From assembly GCA_047602405.1 (NCBI GenBank), contig JASGHJ010000002.1, positions 1,856,001 to 1,920,000 on the forward strand: DNA of 64,000 bases. Direction: 5' to 3'. Positions 43,772-54,534 of the stretch are shown in pieces. The notes under the pieces were generated by a model. The model saw only the letters and a program-made list of their open reading frames with translations, was not told the origin of the DNA and made no database searches. Source of the DNA: Anaeromyxobacteraceae bacterium (lineage in GTDB: Bacteria > Myxococcota > Myxococcia > Myxococcales > Anaeromyxobacteraceae). Position 1 is the first letter of the stretch. Each line of letters begins with the position of its first letter. The translations under genes were made by a program, and so were the position numbers.

Positions 43772-44188
43772 ATGGTCAAGGTCGGCGGCGAGGTGGATGC
43801 GGTCTGCGGCAAGTGCGAGATGATCCTCGCGCACACGGTGCACGCGGTGGTGAGCGGGCAGCCGGTGAAGGTCGAGTGCAACACCTGCCACGCGGTGCAC
43901 AAGTACAGGGCCCCCCCCGGCGCCGCCGCGCGCGCCCGGCCCGGCGGCGGGGTCGCGAAGCCCCGCGCCGTGAAGGAGAAGATCCCCAGCGTCCCCTTCG
44001 AGACGATCCTCGCCGGCAAGGACCAGGGGTCCGCGCGCCGGTACTCGCCGAAGGACACCTTCACCGTGGACCAGGTGGTCGACCACCCGACGTTCGGCCG
44101 CGGGTTCGTGTCGGCGGTCCGTGACGGCGGGAAGATCGAGGTCACCTTCCGGTCGGACGTGAAGATCCTCGTCCATGGCCGGGCCTGA
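43772..44188 (+). CDS. Conserved hypothetical zinc-ribbon protein
   Basis: MVKVGGEVDAVCGKC...VECNTC...H; C-terminal YSPKDTF...HPTFGRGFV. Confidence 0.78.
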   Translation: MVKVGGEVDAVCGKCEMILAHTVHAVVSGQPVKVECNTCHAVHKYRAPPGAAARARPGGGVAKPRAVKEKIPSVPFETILAGKDQGSARRYSPKDTFTVDQVVDHPTFGRGFVSAVRDGGKIEVTFRSDVKILVHGRA

Positions 44189-44207
44189 GTTCGGATACCG
44201 TCCCGCC

Positions 44208-45020
44208 ATGCGCGCCGCCCTCCCCGTCCTCGCGGTCCTCGCGGCCGCCCTCGCCTGCTCGAAGCCGTCCCCGCCCGCGCCCACCCCGGGTGCGAGCGGC
44301 GCGGCCGCCCCCGGCGGCGCCCCCGTCGCGAGCGGCGGCGCCGCCGCCCCGTCGCCGGGCGGCCCGGCCACGTACGTCTCGACCGTCACCCTGCTCCGCC
44401 GCGAGCCCTCGGACGCCCGCAAGGTCCCGGGGCCGAACGGGAAGGAGGTCGCGAACTACCTCGCGACGCTCCAGCGCGGCGAGCAGGTCACGATCGCCGG
44501 CGAGCCGAGGCGCGCGGGGGACGACGCGTGGGTGAAGGTCCGGACCTCCGACGACTCGGAGGGCTGGCTCAAGCGCTCGGCGCTCCTCGAGGGCGACGGG
44601 ATCGTCGAGGCGACCGTGATCGCGCAGGCCGACGTGTTCGACCGGCCCGACCTCCTCGCGGCGAACGCCGCGCGCAAGCTCGAGCCCGCCACCCTGCTGC
44701 TCGTCGTGCGCCAGCGCACGCCGTTCAGCGAGGTCAACGTGGGCTCCGGCGCGAACGCATGGGTGCTCACCGACCGCCTCGCGACCGGCCCGACCGAGGT
44801 CGGCATCGCGAAGCTCGCCGAGAAGGGCCGCTGGCTCCGCAGGAGCGGCAAGCAGGAGGAGGCCGCCCAGATCCTCGCGCTCGCGCGCACGCAGTTCCCC
44901 GGCGCGCCGCTCCTCGACCAGGTCGCGCTCCAGCTCGGCGAGGCGCCGGCCGCGGCGCCGGTCCCGGCGGGCGGCGAGGTGCCTGGCGCGCCGCAGGGGA
45001 CGACGGGGACGCCGCAGTAG
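44208..45020 (+). CDS. SH3b-like domain lipoprotein
   Basis: Lipobox ALA-C, Pro/Ala linker, LQRGEQV...WVKVRT...EGWL. Confidence 0.75.
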   Translation: MRAALPVLAVLAAALACSKPSPPAPTPGASGAAAPGGAPVASGGAAAPSPGGPATYVSTVTLLRREPSDARKVPGPNGKEVANYLATLQRGEQVTIAGEPRRAGDDAWVKVRTSDDSEGWLKRSALLEGDGIVEATVIAQADVFDRPDLLAANAARKLEPATLLLVVRQRTPFSEVNVGSGANAWVLTDRLATGPTEVGIAKLAEKGRWLRRSGKQEEAAQILALARTQFPGAPLLDQVALQLGEAPAAAPVPAGGEVPGAPQGTTGTPQ

Positions 45021-45072
45021 GTCCACCCCTCTCCCCACGTGGGGTCGGGAGGCTTCACACCCTCCGCCGCGG

Positions 45073-45760
45073 CTACGCGCGGAGCGCGGCGAGGACCGCC
45101 GTGAGATTGTCCGGCAGCGGCGCCTCGAGCACGAGCGGCTCGCCGGTCGCGGGGTGCGCGAGCTCGAGCCGCGCGGCGTGCAGCGGCGTGCGCGCGAGCG
45201 TCGCGGCTCCGAACCCGAGCGGCCCGGGCTCCGCGTAGTCCGGGTCGACCGCGAGCGGGAAGCCGGCGCTCCTCAGGTGCACGCGGATTCTGGTGGGTCC
45301 GGCCGGTCTCCGGGCGCGCCTCCACGAGGGCGAGGTCGACGGCGGGGAACCGCTCGAGCACCGCGAGGCCGGTCGCGGACGCCTTCGCGCCCTCCTCGCC
45401 CGGCCGGCCCGGGCGCATCCTGCCCTTGCGGCCCTTCGCGATGGGCACGTCGACCCGCAGGGTGTCCCAGGGCGGCACGCCGCGGACGAGCGCGAGGTAG
45501 CGCTTGCGCGGCTGGCCCGCGTCGAACGCGAGGTTGAGCGTCCGGTGCGCCTCCGCCGTCCGCGCCAGCACGAGCACGCCGCTCGTGCCGCGGTCGAGCC
45601 GGTGCACCACCCAGAGCCGCCCGAAGCGGCCCTCGAGCTCCTCCCGCAGGCTCGCCTCCCCGGGCGTGCGCCCCGGGATGACGAGGCGCCCCGCCGGCTT
45701 CGAGATCGCGACGAGGTGCGCGTCCTCGAGCAGGACCGCGGGCGGGGCCTCCCCGCTCAC
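45073..45760 (-). CDS. RluA-family pseudouridine synthase (apparent +1 insertion at ~45288)
   Basis: KPAG, VHRLDRGTSG, TGRTHQ(I)RVHL, LHAARL. Confidence 0.9.
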
Positions 45761-47076
45761 ATGATCTTCCGGGAGGGCACGACGGTGACCGGCCCGAACG
45801 GCTCGAGCAGCTTCGCGATGCGCGCGGCGGGGCCGACCGCCACCACGAGCCGGCGCTCCAGGGGAAAGTAGCGGCGCGCCGCGGCGACCATCGCGGCGGG
45901 GTCGATCGCGCGGATCTTCTCGGGGAAGCGGGTGACCTCCTCGTCCGGCAGCGAGAAGAGCGCGAGGTCGGCGAGGCGCTCGGCGAGCTGGTCGTGGGTC
46001 TCGAGCGACAGCGGGAACAGGCCGCACAGGTAGGCCTGGGTCCGCTCGAGCTCCTCGGCGGTCGGGCCGCCGTCGGCGAGGCGCGCGGTCTCGTCGAGCG
46101 CGACCTTCACGATCTCGGCCGTGCTCTCGAGCTTCGTGAACGTCGAGATGGCGAAGAGCCCGCCCGAGCCGCTCGTCAAAAAGCGGCTCCGCACGCCGTA
46201 GGAGAGCCCGCGCTGGACCCGGATCGCGTCCATGAGCCGCGAGGCGAAGCCGCCGCCGAGCACCGCGCTCGCCACGACGCCGGCGTGGTAGTCGGGGCTC
46301 GAGCGCGGGAAGCCGGCCGAGGCGATGCGGACCTGCGTCTGCGAGACGTCCGGCTTGTCGACCACGAGCACGCGCGTCTGCGGCGGGGCCGGCGGCGGCG
46401 GCGCCGCCGGGACCTCGCCGCTCGCCTTCCAGGCGCCGAAGCGCCGCCGGACGAGCTCGAGCACCTCGTCGCGCTTCACCCGGCCCACCACCACCACGAG
46501 GCCGGCCGAGGGCAGGTACGCCGCGGCGTGGTACCGGGCGACGTCCGCGCGGGTCGCGCGGGAGAGATCGCGGGCGCGGCCCTCGGCGGCGTGGCCGTAG
46601 GGGTGCCCCGCGTAGGCGGCCTCCAGCATGGCCCGGTCCGCGACGAGCGCGGGCTCGTCGGCGTCGTGCGCGAGGGAGGCCACCTCCCGCCGGCGCAGGC
46701 GCGCGACCTCGCCGGCCGGGAAGGTGGGGCGGGCGGCGACGTTCGCGAGGATGTCGACGCAGGTGGCGAGCCCCTCCACCGGCGCCGAGATCCCGAAGTA
46801 GCTCGCGTCCTCGTCGACGCCCGAGCCGAGCTCGGCGCCGAGCGACTCGACGACGAGGTCGATCTGCTCGCCGGTGCGGCGCCGCGTGCCGCGGCGGGCG
46901 GAGATCGCCGCGAGGTGCGCGAGGCCCTGGCGGCCGGCGGGGTCGAGCGACGAGCCGCCGCGCAGCACCAGCCGGACCGCCGCGAGCGGCACGCCAGGGC
47001 GCTCGGCCACCACGACCTGCAGCCCGTTCTCGAGCCGCTCGCGGTGGAGCGGAGGCAGCGGGATGGGCGCGCTCAC
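45757..47076 (-). CDS. M16 peptidase, non-catalytic partner subunit
   Basis: M16 fold motifs (GLAHL, HPYG, SRLMDAIRVQRGLSY) but no HxxEH. Confidence 0.88.
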   Translation of the reverse strand: MSAPIPLPPLHRERLENGLQVVVAERPGVPLAAVRLVLRGGSSLDPAGRQGLAHLAAISARRGTRRRTGEQIDLVVESLGAELGSGVDEDASYFGISAPVEGLATCVDILANVAARPTFPAGEVARLRRREVASLAHDADEPALVADRAMLEAAYAGHPYGHAAEGRARDLSRATRADVARYHAAAYLPSAGLVVVVGRVKRDEVLELVRRRFGAWKASGEVPAAPPPPAPPQTRVLVVDKPDVSQTQVRIASAGFPRSSPDYHAGVVASAVLGGGFASRLMDAIRVQRGLSYGVRSRFLTSGSGGLFAISTFTKLESTAEIVKVALDETARLADGGPTAEELERTQAYLCGLFPLSLETHDQLAERLADLALFSLPDEEVTRFPEKIRAIDPAAMVAAARRYFPLERRLVVAVGPAARIAKLLEPFGPVTVVPSRKIM

Positions 47077-48392
47077 CGGGCGCTCCGGCGCGCCCTGCGC
47101 GCGGTCCGCGCGGGGTCGAGCGGGTCGAGCGTCACGATCGAGCGGCGCTCCGGGGCGAGGTACTCCCGGGCGACCCGCCGCACGTCGGCCGGGGTGATGG
47201 TCGCGTACAGCTCGAGCGCCCTGCCCGCCTCGCGCCAGTCGCCGAGGAGCGCCTCGGCCTGGCCGAGCGCGTGGGCGATCCCGTGATGCGTGGCGAGCTC
47301 GTGCAGCACCGAGCTGCGCAGGAGCGCGCGCGCCCGGGCCATCTCGGCCGCCGTGACGCCCCTGTCGGCCACCTTCGCGAGCTCGTCGAACAGCATCCGC
47401 TCGGCGCGCGCCGGCGACGCCCCCGGGGCGAGCTCGACGAACGCGATGAAGATGCCGGGGTCGATGCGCCAGCCCCAGCTCACGGACACCGACACCGCGA
47501 CCTCGGTGTCGAGCACCATCCGGCGGCGGAGCCGCGACGACTCCCCCACGGCGAGGCAGACCTGGAGCAGGTCGAGCGCGGCGGCGTCGGGGTGCCTGGC
47601 CGGCGGCCCCCGCCAGCCGGCGAGCAGGGCCGGCGCCTGGGCCGGGAACTGGATCACGCCTCGCCGCTCGCCCCGCTGGGGAGGCTCACCCTCGGGGACG
47701 GCCACCGGAGGGGGCCCGGAAGGGATGTCGGCGTAGTACCGCTGCAGGAGCTGGAGGGCGCGGTCGGGGTCGAGGTCGCCCACCACGTAGATGGAGGCGT
47801 TTGACGGTGCGTAGTAGGTCTTGAAGTAGGACTCGCAGTCCACCCGCGAGATCCGCTGGATGTCGTCCATCCACCCGATCACCGGCCAGCGGTACGGGTG
47901 GGCCTGGAAGACCAGCGACTCGAGCTGCTCCTCCATGAGCCCGAAGACCGAGTTCTCGGTCCGGAGCAGGCGCTCCTCCTTCACCACCTCGCGCTCCTGC
48001 TCGAGCGCCTCGTCGTCGATCCGGAGCGAGCCCATCCGGTCGGACTCGAGATCGATGACGGTCTCGAGGGCCTCGGCCGCGAAGTCCTCGTAGTAGGCCG
48101 TGAGGTCGTTCGACGTGTAGGCGTTCGAGTGCCCGCCGCGCGACTCGAGGACGCGGTCGAACTCCTTCGGACCGTACCTCGACGCGCCGTTGAACATCAT
48201 GTGCTCGAAGAGGTGGCTGATCCCGGTGAGCCCTATCCGCTCGTTCCGCGAGCCGACCCGGAAGAACGTGTAGTAGCTGACGGTGGGGGTGCTCGAGTCG
48301 GCGAGCAGGCGCACCCGGAGCCCGTTGGGGAGCACGTGCTCGCGCACGCGATCGATCTCGAGCACCGGTTCGGCCTTCTGGAGCGCGTTCAT
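47073..48392 (-). CDS. M16 zinc peptidase, catalytic subunit
   Basis: VGSRNE, HLFEHMMF (HxxEH), NAYTS, EREVVKEER, HPYRWPVIGW. Confidence 0.92.
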   Translation of the reverse strand: MNALQKAEPVLEIDRVREHVLPNGLRVRLLADSSTPTVSYYTFFRVGSRNERIGLTGISHLFEHMMFNGASRYGPKEFDRVLESRGGHSNAYTSNDLTAYYEDFAAEALETVIDLESDRMGSLRIDDEALEQEREVVKEERLLRTENSVFGLMEEQLESLVFQAHPYRWPVIGWMDDIQRISRVDCESYFKTYYAPSNASIYVVGDLDPDRALQLLQRYYADIPSGPPPVAVPEGEPPQRGERRGVIQFPAQAPALLAGWRGPPARHPDAAALDLLQVCLAVGESSRLRRRMVLDTEVAVSVSVSWGWRIDPGIFIAFVELAPGASPARAERMLFDELAKVADRGVTAAEMARARALLRSSVLHELATHHGIAHALGQAEALLGDWREAGRALELYATITPADVRRVAREYLAPERRSIVTLDPLDPARTARRARRSAR

Positions 48393-48522
48393 CCGGGCGC
48401 GAACATAGCGTCCGACCTCGGGGGCGTCCACGAACCTGCCCCGTGGGTGTGAGGCCGGCCGCGCCCCGGGTGTGGGCGCGGCCGCGCAACCCCTCCCGAG
48501 ACCGATCCGCGCTCGGTGTGAC

Positions 48523-48539
48523 GTTGACGTATCGTCAAC
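48523..48539. promoter_or_regulatory. Perfect inverted repeat, candidate operator
   Basis: GTTGACG-TAT-CGTCAAC between the divergent M16 operon and the XRE regulator. Confidence 0.5.
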
Positions 48540-48672
48540 TTGGGCCCCCAATGAGGGAGTTCCCGTCCGGTCCGGTCAGACCCAGCGTCGGTGGACCCAT
48601 CTCGGTTTCGGACCTAAAGGTTTCGGCCCGACAACTCGGGTTTTTCTCTCACTTCGAACGAGCCGATTGCCC

Positions 48673-48918
48673 ATGCCCACGAAGCCCAAGCCGCAGAAGG
48701 ATCCCCGCCGGGAAGAGCTCCGCCGTCTCGGCGAGCGCGTCCGCGAGCAGCGGCGCACCCGCGGCCTCACCCAGGAGGCCCTCGCCGAGGCGCTCGACCT
48801 GTCGGTCGCGTACGTGAGCCTCATCGAGCGCGGCGGCCGGAACCCGCCGTACACCACGGTCGTCGCGATCGCGCGCGCCCTCGGCGTGCCCACCGCGCGG
48901 ATCGTCGCGGACGAGTAG
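48673..48918 (+). CDS. XRE-family helix-turn-helix regulator
   Basis: LGERVREQRRTRGLTQEALAEAL..S..YVSLIERGGRNP....IARALGV. Confidence 0.9.
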   Translation: MPTKPKPQKDPRREELRRLGERVREQRRTRGLTQEALAEALDLSVAYVSLIERGGRNPPYTTVVAIARALGVPTARIVADE

Positions 48919-48928
48919 CCGCCAGCAC

Positions 48929-49153
48929 CTAGAGCGAATCGACGGGCCGGCCGCAAGCAGCACAGCGGCCGGCCTTCTTCTTGAGCGGCAGCCCGCAGCC
49001 GGGGCACCGCTCGCCCGGCGGGCGCCGTGCCGGACGCGCCGCGCGACCATCGCCGGGCGCTGCCCTCCCCCCTTCCAGCCTCGCGACCCGCTCCTCGAGC
49101 GCCTCGATGCGCGCGAGGAGCTCGGACGTCGTCGGGCGGCGGGGGGTGGCCAT
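48929..49153 (-). CDS. Small hypothetical protein with coiled coil and CxxC...CxxC
   Basis: ELLARIEALEERVARLE; CPGC...CAAC. Confidence 0.6.
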   Translation of the reverse strand: MATPRRPTTSELLARIEALEERVARLEGGRAAPGDGRAARPARRPPGERCPGCGLPLKKKAGRCAACGRPVDSL

Positions 49154-49266
49154 GCGCCGCGAGCGTGCCACGGGGGGGCACGGGGTCAACTTCCCGGGCG
49201 GACACGCCCCGCTCCTCCTCGGCCCCTCACGTTGAGTCCGCGCCCGCGCTGGGCTATCTCGTTCTC

Positions 49267-50892
49267 ATGGAACGCGAAGGCGACCACGCCGCCGAGCCTG
49301 CGTCCGGCGGCCCGCCCGCCTACGAGGCGCCGGAGATCCAGGCCCTGCTCGCCGGGCCCCACGCGGGCCGCGAGGTCGCCCGCGCGCGCCAGATCTTCGT
49401 CAACCGCAACCTGCGGATGGACAAGATCGAGGCCGTCGGCTTCGACATGGACTACACGGTCGCGATGTACCACCTGCGCCGGCTCGAGGAGCTCGCCTTC
49501 GAGATGACGCTGGCGCGGATGGTGGTGGCGATGGGCTACCCCGCCCACATCCGCGCCCTCCGCTACGATCCCGAGTTCGTCATCCGCGGCCTCGTGATGG
49601 ACCGGCAGCGCGGCAACATCTTCAAGATGGACCGGCACAACCACGTGGGCCGGGCCTACCACGGGCGGCGGCCGCTCTCGTACGACGAGCTGAAGCGGGT
49701 CTACCGCGACGAGAAGATCCACCTCTCCTCGCCGCGCTTCGCCTGGATCGACACCCTGTTCGCGCTGCCGGAGGCCTGCATCTACGCCGAGGTGATCGGG
49801 CTTCTCGAGGGCGAGGGCAAGGACGTCCCCTACGACAAGCTCTGGGCCGACATCCGCGAGGCCATCGACACCGTCCACCGCGACGGGTCGCTCAAGAGCG
49901 TCGTGAAGCAGGACCTCGCGCGCTACGTCCTGAAGGACCCCGAGCTCGCGCCGGCGCTCCACAAGCTCCGCTCCGGCGGGAAGAAGCTCTTCCTCCTCAC
50001 GAACTCCCTCGCCGACTACACCGACGCCGTGATGCGCTTCGTGCTCGACGGCGTGCTCCCCGAGTACCCGAGCTGGCGGAACTACTTCGACGTGGTGGTC
50101 ACCGGGGCCTCGAAGCCGGCGTTCTTCTCCGACCACCGCCCGCTGTACCTGCTCTCGCCGGCGGGCGAGCGGGTCGGCGAGGCCGGCCACCTCGAGCGCG
50201 GGCGCTGGTACGAGGGCGGCGACCTCGCCACGCTCGAGCGGCTCATGGGCGTGAGCGGCGACCGGATCCTCTACGTCGGCGATCACATCTACGGCGACAT
50301 CCTCCGGTCCAAGAAGAGCTCGCTCTGGCGCACCTGCATGGTGGTCGAGGAGATCGAGCGCGAGCTCGCGTGGCTCGAGCAGCACCACCCGGAGCTGGAG
50401 GAGCTCGGGCGGCTCGAGGAGCTGCGGGTCCGCATCGAGGACGAGATCTCGGTGGAGCGCGCGGCGCTCAACGTGCTCGAGCGGCGGATGGACCGGGAGG
50501 AGCCCGGCGCCGACCGGGAGCGGCTCGCCCAGGAGCGCAAGCGCGACAAGGCCCGGCTGGAGGCGATGCGCAAGGCGAAGCGCGACGCCGACCAGCGCCT
50601 CGCCGAGCTCGGGCGGCGCATCGAGGACGGCTTCAACGCCTACTGGGGGCTCACGTTCAAGGAGGGGAACGAGAACTCCCGCTTCGGCGAGCAGATCGAG
50701 GACTACGCCTGCCTGTACACGAGCCGGGTGTCGAACTTCGTCTTCTACTCGCCGATGCAGTACTTCCGCTCCCCGCGCGCCGCGATGCCGCACGAGCGCG
50801 CCGCCCCCGCGCGCATCTCGCCCTGGGGCGACGAGCACGGCGCGCCGCTCGCCGGCGATCGCCCGTCCCGCGTGTCGAAGGCGTCGCGGTAG
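49267..50892 (+). CDS. HAD-IG family 5'-nucleotidase
   Basis: IFVNR, GFDMDYT, LLTNS, KP.FF, YVGDHIYGDI, YACLYTSRVSN. Confidence 0.93.
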   Translation: MEREGDHAAEPASGGPPAYEAPEIQALLAGPHAGREVARARQIFVNRNLRMDKIEAVGFDMDYTVAMYHLRRLEELAFEMTLARMVVAMGYPAHIRALRYDPEFVIRGLVMDRQRGNIFKMDRHNHVGRAYHGRRPLSYDELKRVYRDEKIHLSSPRFAWIDTLFALPEACIYAEVIGLLEGEGKDVPYDKLWADIREAIDTVHRDGSLKSVVKQDLARYVLKDPELAPALHKLRSGGKKLFLLTNSLADYTDAVMRFVLDGVLPEYPSWRNYFDVVVTGASKPAFFSDHRPLYLLSPAGERVGEAGHLERGRWYEGGDLATLERLMGVSGDRILYVGDHIYGDILRSKKSSLWRTCMVVEEIERELAWLEQHHPELEELGRLEELRVRIEDEISVERAALNVLERRMDREEPGADRERLAQERKRDKARLEAMRKAKRDADQRLAELGRRIEDGFNAYWGLTFKEGNENSRFGEQIEDYACLYTSRVSNFVFYSPMQYFRSPRAAMPHERAAPARISPWGDEHGAPLAGDRPSRVSKASR

Positions 50893-50903
50893 CGCCCCGG
50901 TCC

Positions 50904-50932
50904 TTGACGCTTCCCCGGCCGTTGCGTACACC
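50904..50932 (+). promoter_or_regulatory. Sigma70-type promoter of selC
   Basis: TTGACG-17 nt-TACACC just upstream of the tRNA 5' end. Confidence 0.6.
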
Positions 50933-50939
50933 CGACGGC

Positions 50940-51035
50940 GGCAGGGCGTCCTAGGCTGGTGCCGGGCTCGGTCTTCAAAACCGATGGATGGTGCTGAGAG
51001 GCGCTGTCGGAGGGTTCGATTCCCTTGCCCTGCCG
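50940..51035 (+). tRNA. selC: tRNA-Sec (anticodon TCA)
   Basis: 8-bp acceptor GGCAGGGC/GCCCTGCC with G discriminator, TCGGT-CT-TCA-AA-ACCGA anticodon arm, long variable arm with GAGA loop, 5-bp T-stem GAGGG/CCCTT. CCA not encoded. Confidence 0.93.
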
Positions 51036-51210
51036 TCTGATCCCGATCCGACCGCACCGATCGCTTTGCGAGCGGATCCGCCGCTCGCCCGAGGCGAACC
51101 CGCTCGGCCATCCGACCAGCGCGCGACGCCTCGACCGGATACCTATACACGCGCGGCGGGGCGGGTAGACTCTCTCCCCGGACGTGCGCTCCCCTCTTCG
51201 GTTACTGCGG

Positions 51211-51585
51211 GTGAATCGGCTCGAGAGCCTGCTCAGGGCCTCGCGGGATCGTGACCGTCGCGCGGCCGCGGAGGCCTTCGAGCGACGCGGGCGGTGCCCG
51301 GGCGTCGTGCCGCCCTGCCCGGAGGTGGACGGAGACTCCGGCGGGCCCTCCGGCGCGGGCGACGCGACGCTGCGCTTCTACGAGCTCGTGCATGCCTTCC
51401 GGGCCAACGAGCGTCGGGCCCTCAGGGACGCCCTCGCGCGGCACGTCCCCCGCCCGAGGCTCCTCGCCGTGTCGCCCTCCCTGGCGAGGAGGCTGTTCGA
51501 GCACGTGGGGCGCAACCTCGCCTTCGAAGGCGTCCCGGTCCTCGTCGACCCTTCCCTGCCGGAGTTCGACTACCGGATCCGCTGA
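51211..51585 (+). CDS. Hypothetical protein (start uncertain)
   Basis: ORF with plausible codon usage directly downstream of selC; no recognised motif. Confidence 0.45.
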   Translation: MNRLESLLRASRDRDRRAAAEAFERRGRCPGVVPPCPEVDGDSGGPSGAGDATLRFYELVHAFRANERRALRDALARHVPRPRLLAVSPSLARRLFEHVGRNLAFEGVPVLVDPSLPEFDYRIR

Positions 51586-51745
51586 AGCGCAGCGGAAGGC
51601 CGCTCTCGCGACCTCGTCGCACCCTGGGTTTCGACGCACCCCCTGGCCGGGGCCCCGCACGAAGCGTGCGTCACCAGACCAGAACCTTCAGAGCGATTCG
51701 TGCTTTTGCCTATGTGCTCGATACGGGACGCTGCATCCCGATCGG

Positions 51746-51761
51746 CGGCGCAGGTGTTGCA
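51746..51761 (+). promoter_or_regulatory. Sigma54 -24/-12 promoter of the chemoreceptor gene
   Basis: CGGCGCAGGTGTTGCA = GG-N10-GC with TTGCA, about 50 nt upstream of the ATG, in a locally AT-richer tract. Confidence 0.6.
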
Positions 51762-51811
51762 AATATCTGCGGTCGACTGCCGCACCCCTGCGGCGCGAGG
51801 AGCCGACCTGC

Positions 51812-54511
51812 ATGATGTCCAGCCTCACGACCAGCGCCCGCATCCGCGCAGGCTTCGCCGTCGGGTTCGCACTGCTCGTCCTGGTGGGCGCGATCGGCTG
51901 GCGCGTCTCCTCCCGGATCGAGGCCTCGCTTCAGGACGTCGCCATCGCGAAGTTCCCGGCGGCCCAGCGGCTGGCCCGGATCGAGGACGCGCAGACCGAG
52001 ATCGCGCGCGACATGTACGGCGCCATCGGCTCGCAGGCGGACGCCGGGATGCGTTCGGGCGCCCTCGCCGCCATCCAGTCCTCCTTCGTCAAGCTTGACC
52101 AGGCGGTCTCGGAGTTCGAGAAGCTCCCCCTCGACGCGGCGCAGGCATCGCTCTGGGAGGCTTCGAAGACGAGCCGGCGGGCGTGGCGCGCGGACGTCGA
52201 GGCCGCGGTCGCCCTCGGCGCGGAACGCGACGCCCTGCTCCGCGGCGGCACGAGCCCCACCGCGCCCGAGGCCGTCGCGCTCGGAGAGAAGGCATGGGCC
52301 GCGCTCCGGAGCTGCCGGACCGCTCGGCTCGCGTGCGAGGCCGACCTCGACAAGGTGAAGGACGCCGTGGCCGCCGCCGCTTCCGCCGCGGCAGCGGAGG
52401 GGAGCGCGGACGCGCGCGCGGGCCTGGTGTGGGTGACCGTGGCCATCGGGGCGGGCGGCCTCCTCATCGCCGTGCTCGGCCTGCTGCTCGGGCGCAGCAT
52501 CGGCAGCACCCTCGACCGCCTCACCGCAGAGGCCGGGCGCCTCCGCGACGCCGTCGCCGCCGGCAGGCTCGACGTGAGGGGTGACGAGCTCTCGGTCGCC
52601 GGCGAGTTCCGGCCGATCGTCGCGGGCCTCAACGCCACCATGGACGCCTTCATCCGTCCGATCCGGATGACCGCGGAGTGCGTCGATCGGATCTCCAGGG
52701 GAGACGTGCCGCCCCCCATCACCGAGCGGTACGAGGGCGACTTCAACGCCATCAAGGACAACCTGAACCGGGCCATCGCGGCCATCGGCGCTCTCGTGAC
52801 CGACGCGAAGACGCTCGCGAGCGCCGGCGCCGAGGGCCACCTCTCGGTGCGGGCCGACGCCGCGCGGCACCAGGGCGACTTCCGGGTGGTCATCGAGGGC
52901 GTGAACGCGACGCTCGACGCGGTGACCGGCCCGCTCCGGACCGCCGCCGAATGCGTGAACGAGATCGCGCAGGGCAAGGTCCCGGCGCCGATCACCGCCG
53001 ACTTCCGGGGTGACTTCGAGCTCCTGAAGCGCAACCTGAACGCGTGCCTCGCCGCGGTGACCGCGCTCGTCGAGGACTCGCGCATGCTCGCCACCGCCGC
53101 CGTGGAAGGACGCTTCGACGTCCGCGCGGACGCGAGCCGCCACCGCGGAGAGTTCCGCGCCATCGTGCAGGGGGTGAACGACGCCGTCGAGGCCATCGTC
53201 GCACCGCTCCGCGTCCTCGCCGACTACTGCGAGCGCCTCTCGCACGGTGACCTCCCCCCGCGCCGCACCCACCAGGTCCGCGGCGACGTGGTGGCGATGC
53301 AGGCCAGCCTCAACCGCTGCGTGGACGCGGTCACCGCGCTCGTGACCGACATGAACGGCCTGGTCTCGAAGGCCGTCGGCGGCCAGCTCGCCGAGCGCGT
53401 CGACGTCCGGCGCCACGAGGGCGCCTTCAAGGAGGCCATGGAGGGTGTGAACGCGACCCTCGACGCGGTGCTCGCCCCGACGATCGAGGCCAGCAGCGTC
53501 CTCGAGCGCCTCGCCGCGCGCGACCTGCGGGCGCGCATGGCGGGCGAGTACCGGGGCGACAACGCGAAGATGAAGCAGTCCCTGAACGCCACCGCCGAGG
53601 CGCTGCACGACGCGGTCAGTCAGGTCGCCTCGGCGGTCGAACAGGTCTCGTCGGCGGCGACCCAGATCGCGGCGTCCTCGCAGGCCGTCGCGAGCGGCGC
53701 CTCGGAGCAGGCCGCGTCGCTCGAGGAGACGGGCGCGTCGCTCGAGTCGGTGATGTCGCTCACGACCCAGGCGGCCGCGAACGCCCAGCAGGCTCACCAC
53801 CTCGCGTCCACCGCGCGCGCCGCGGCCACCGAGGGCGCGGGCGCCGTCGAGCAGATGCAGGGCGTCATGAGCCGCATCAAGGCCTCCGCGGAGGGCACCT
53901 CCCAGATCATCAAGGACGTGTCGGACATCGCCTTCCAGACGAACCTCCTCGCGCTCAACGCCGCCGTCGAGGCTGCCCGGGCGGGCGAGGCCGGCCGCGG
54001 GTTCGCGGTGGTCGCCGAGGAGGTCCGCTCGCTCGCGCTGCGCGCGAAGGACGCAGCCCTGAAGACGGAGGAGCTCATCAAGGAGTCCGTGAAGCAGGCG
54101 GGAGAGGGAGAGCTCACCTCACGGAAGGTCGCCGGGAAGCTCTCCGAGATCGTCGCGGGCACGGGGAAGGTCTCCGACATCGTGACGGAGATCGCGACCG
54201 CCGCGAAGGAGCAGACCAGCGGCATCACGCAGGTGAACCAGGCCGTCGGCCAGATGGACAAGGTGACCCAGCAGAATGCCGCCTCGGCCGAGGAGTCCTC
54301 GTCGGCCGCCTCCGAGCTCTCGGGGCAGTCCGAGGAGCTCGCCGCGATGGTCGGAACGTTCCAGCTCCAGCGTTCGACCTCGACGCCGCGGTCGCTCGAG
54401 CCGCGCCGGTCGTCCCGGCACGCCTCCGCGCCGCCGCCGAAGCTCGGCTCGAGCAGGGCGAACGGTCACGATCCGTTCCCCATGGACCACACGGACGTCG
54501 CGGACTTCTGA
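51812..54511 (+). CDS. Methyl-accepting chemotaxis protein with four-helix-bundle-like sensor and eight HAMP-like units
   Basis: Two TM helices, alternating HAMP repeats, [43 protein letters not shown]. Confidence 0.95.
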   Translation: MMSSLTTSARIRAGFAVGFALLVLVGAIGWRVSSRIEASLQDVAIAKFPAAQRLARIEDAQTEIARDMYGAIGSQADAGMRSGALAAIQSSFVKLDQAVSEFEKLPLDAAQASLWEASKTSRRAWRADVEAAVALGAERDALLRGGTSPTAPEAVALGEKAWAALRSCRTARLACEADLDKVKDAVAAAASAAAAEGSADARAGLVWVTVAIGAGGLLIAVLGLLLGRSIGSTLDRLTAEAGRLRDAVAAGRLDVRGDELSVAGEFRPIVAGLNATMDAFIRPIRMTAECVDRISRGDVPPPITERYEGDFNAIKDNLNRAIAAIGALVTDAKTLASAGAEGHLSVRADAARHQGDFRVVIEGVNATLDAVTGPLRTAAECVNEIAQGKVPAPITADFRGDFELLKRNLNACLAAVTALVEDSRMLATAAVEGRFDVRADASRHRGEFRAIVQGVNDAVEAIVAPLRVLADYCERLSHGDLPPRRTHQVRGDVVAMQASLNRCVDAVTALVTDMNGLVSKAVGGQLAERVDVRRHEGAFKEAMEGVNATLDAVLAPTIEASSVLERLAARDLRARMAGEYRGDNAKMKQSLNATAEALHDAVSQVASAVEQVSSAATQIAASSQAVASGASEQAASLEETGASLESVMSLTTQAAANAQQAHHLASTARAAATEGAGAVEQMQGVMSRIKASAEGTSQIIKDVSDIAFQTNLLALNAAVEAARAGEAGRGFAVVAEEVRSLALRAKDAALKTEELIKESVKQAGEGELTSRKVAGKLSEIVAGTGKVSDIVTEIATAAKEQTSGITQVNQAVGQMDKVTQQNAASAEESSSAASELSGQSEELAAMVGTFQLQRSTSTPRSLEPRRSSRHASAPPPKLGSSRANGHDPFPMDHTDVADF

Positions 54512-54534
54512 GCCGCTGCGGCCCCCTGCCGGCT

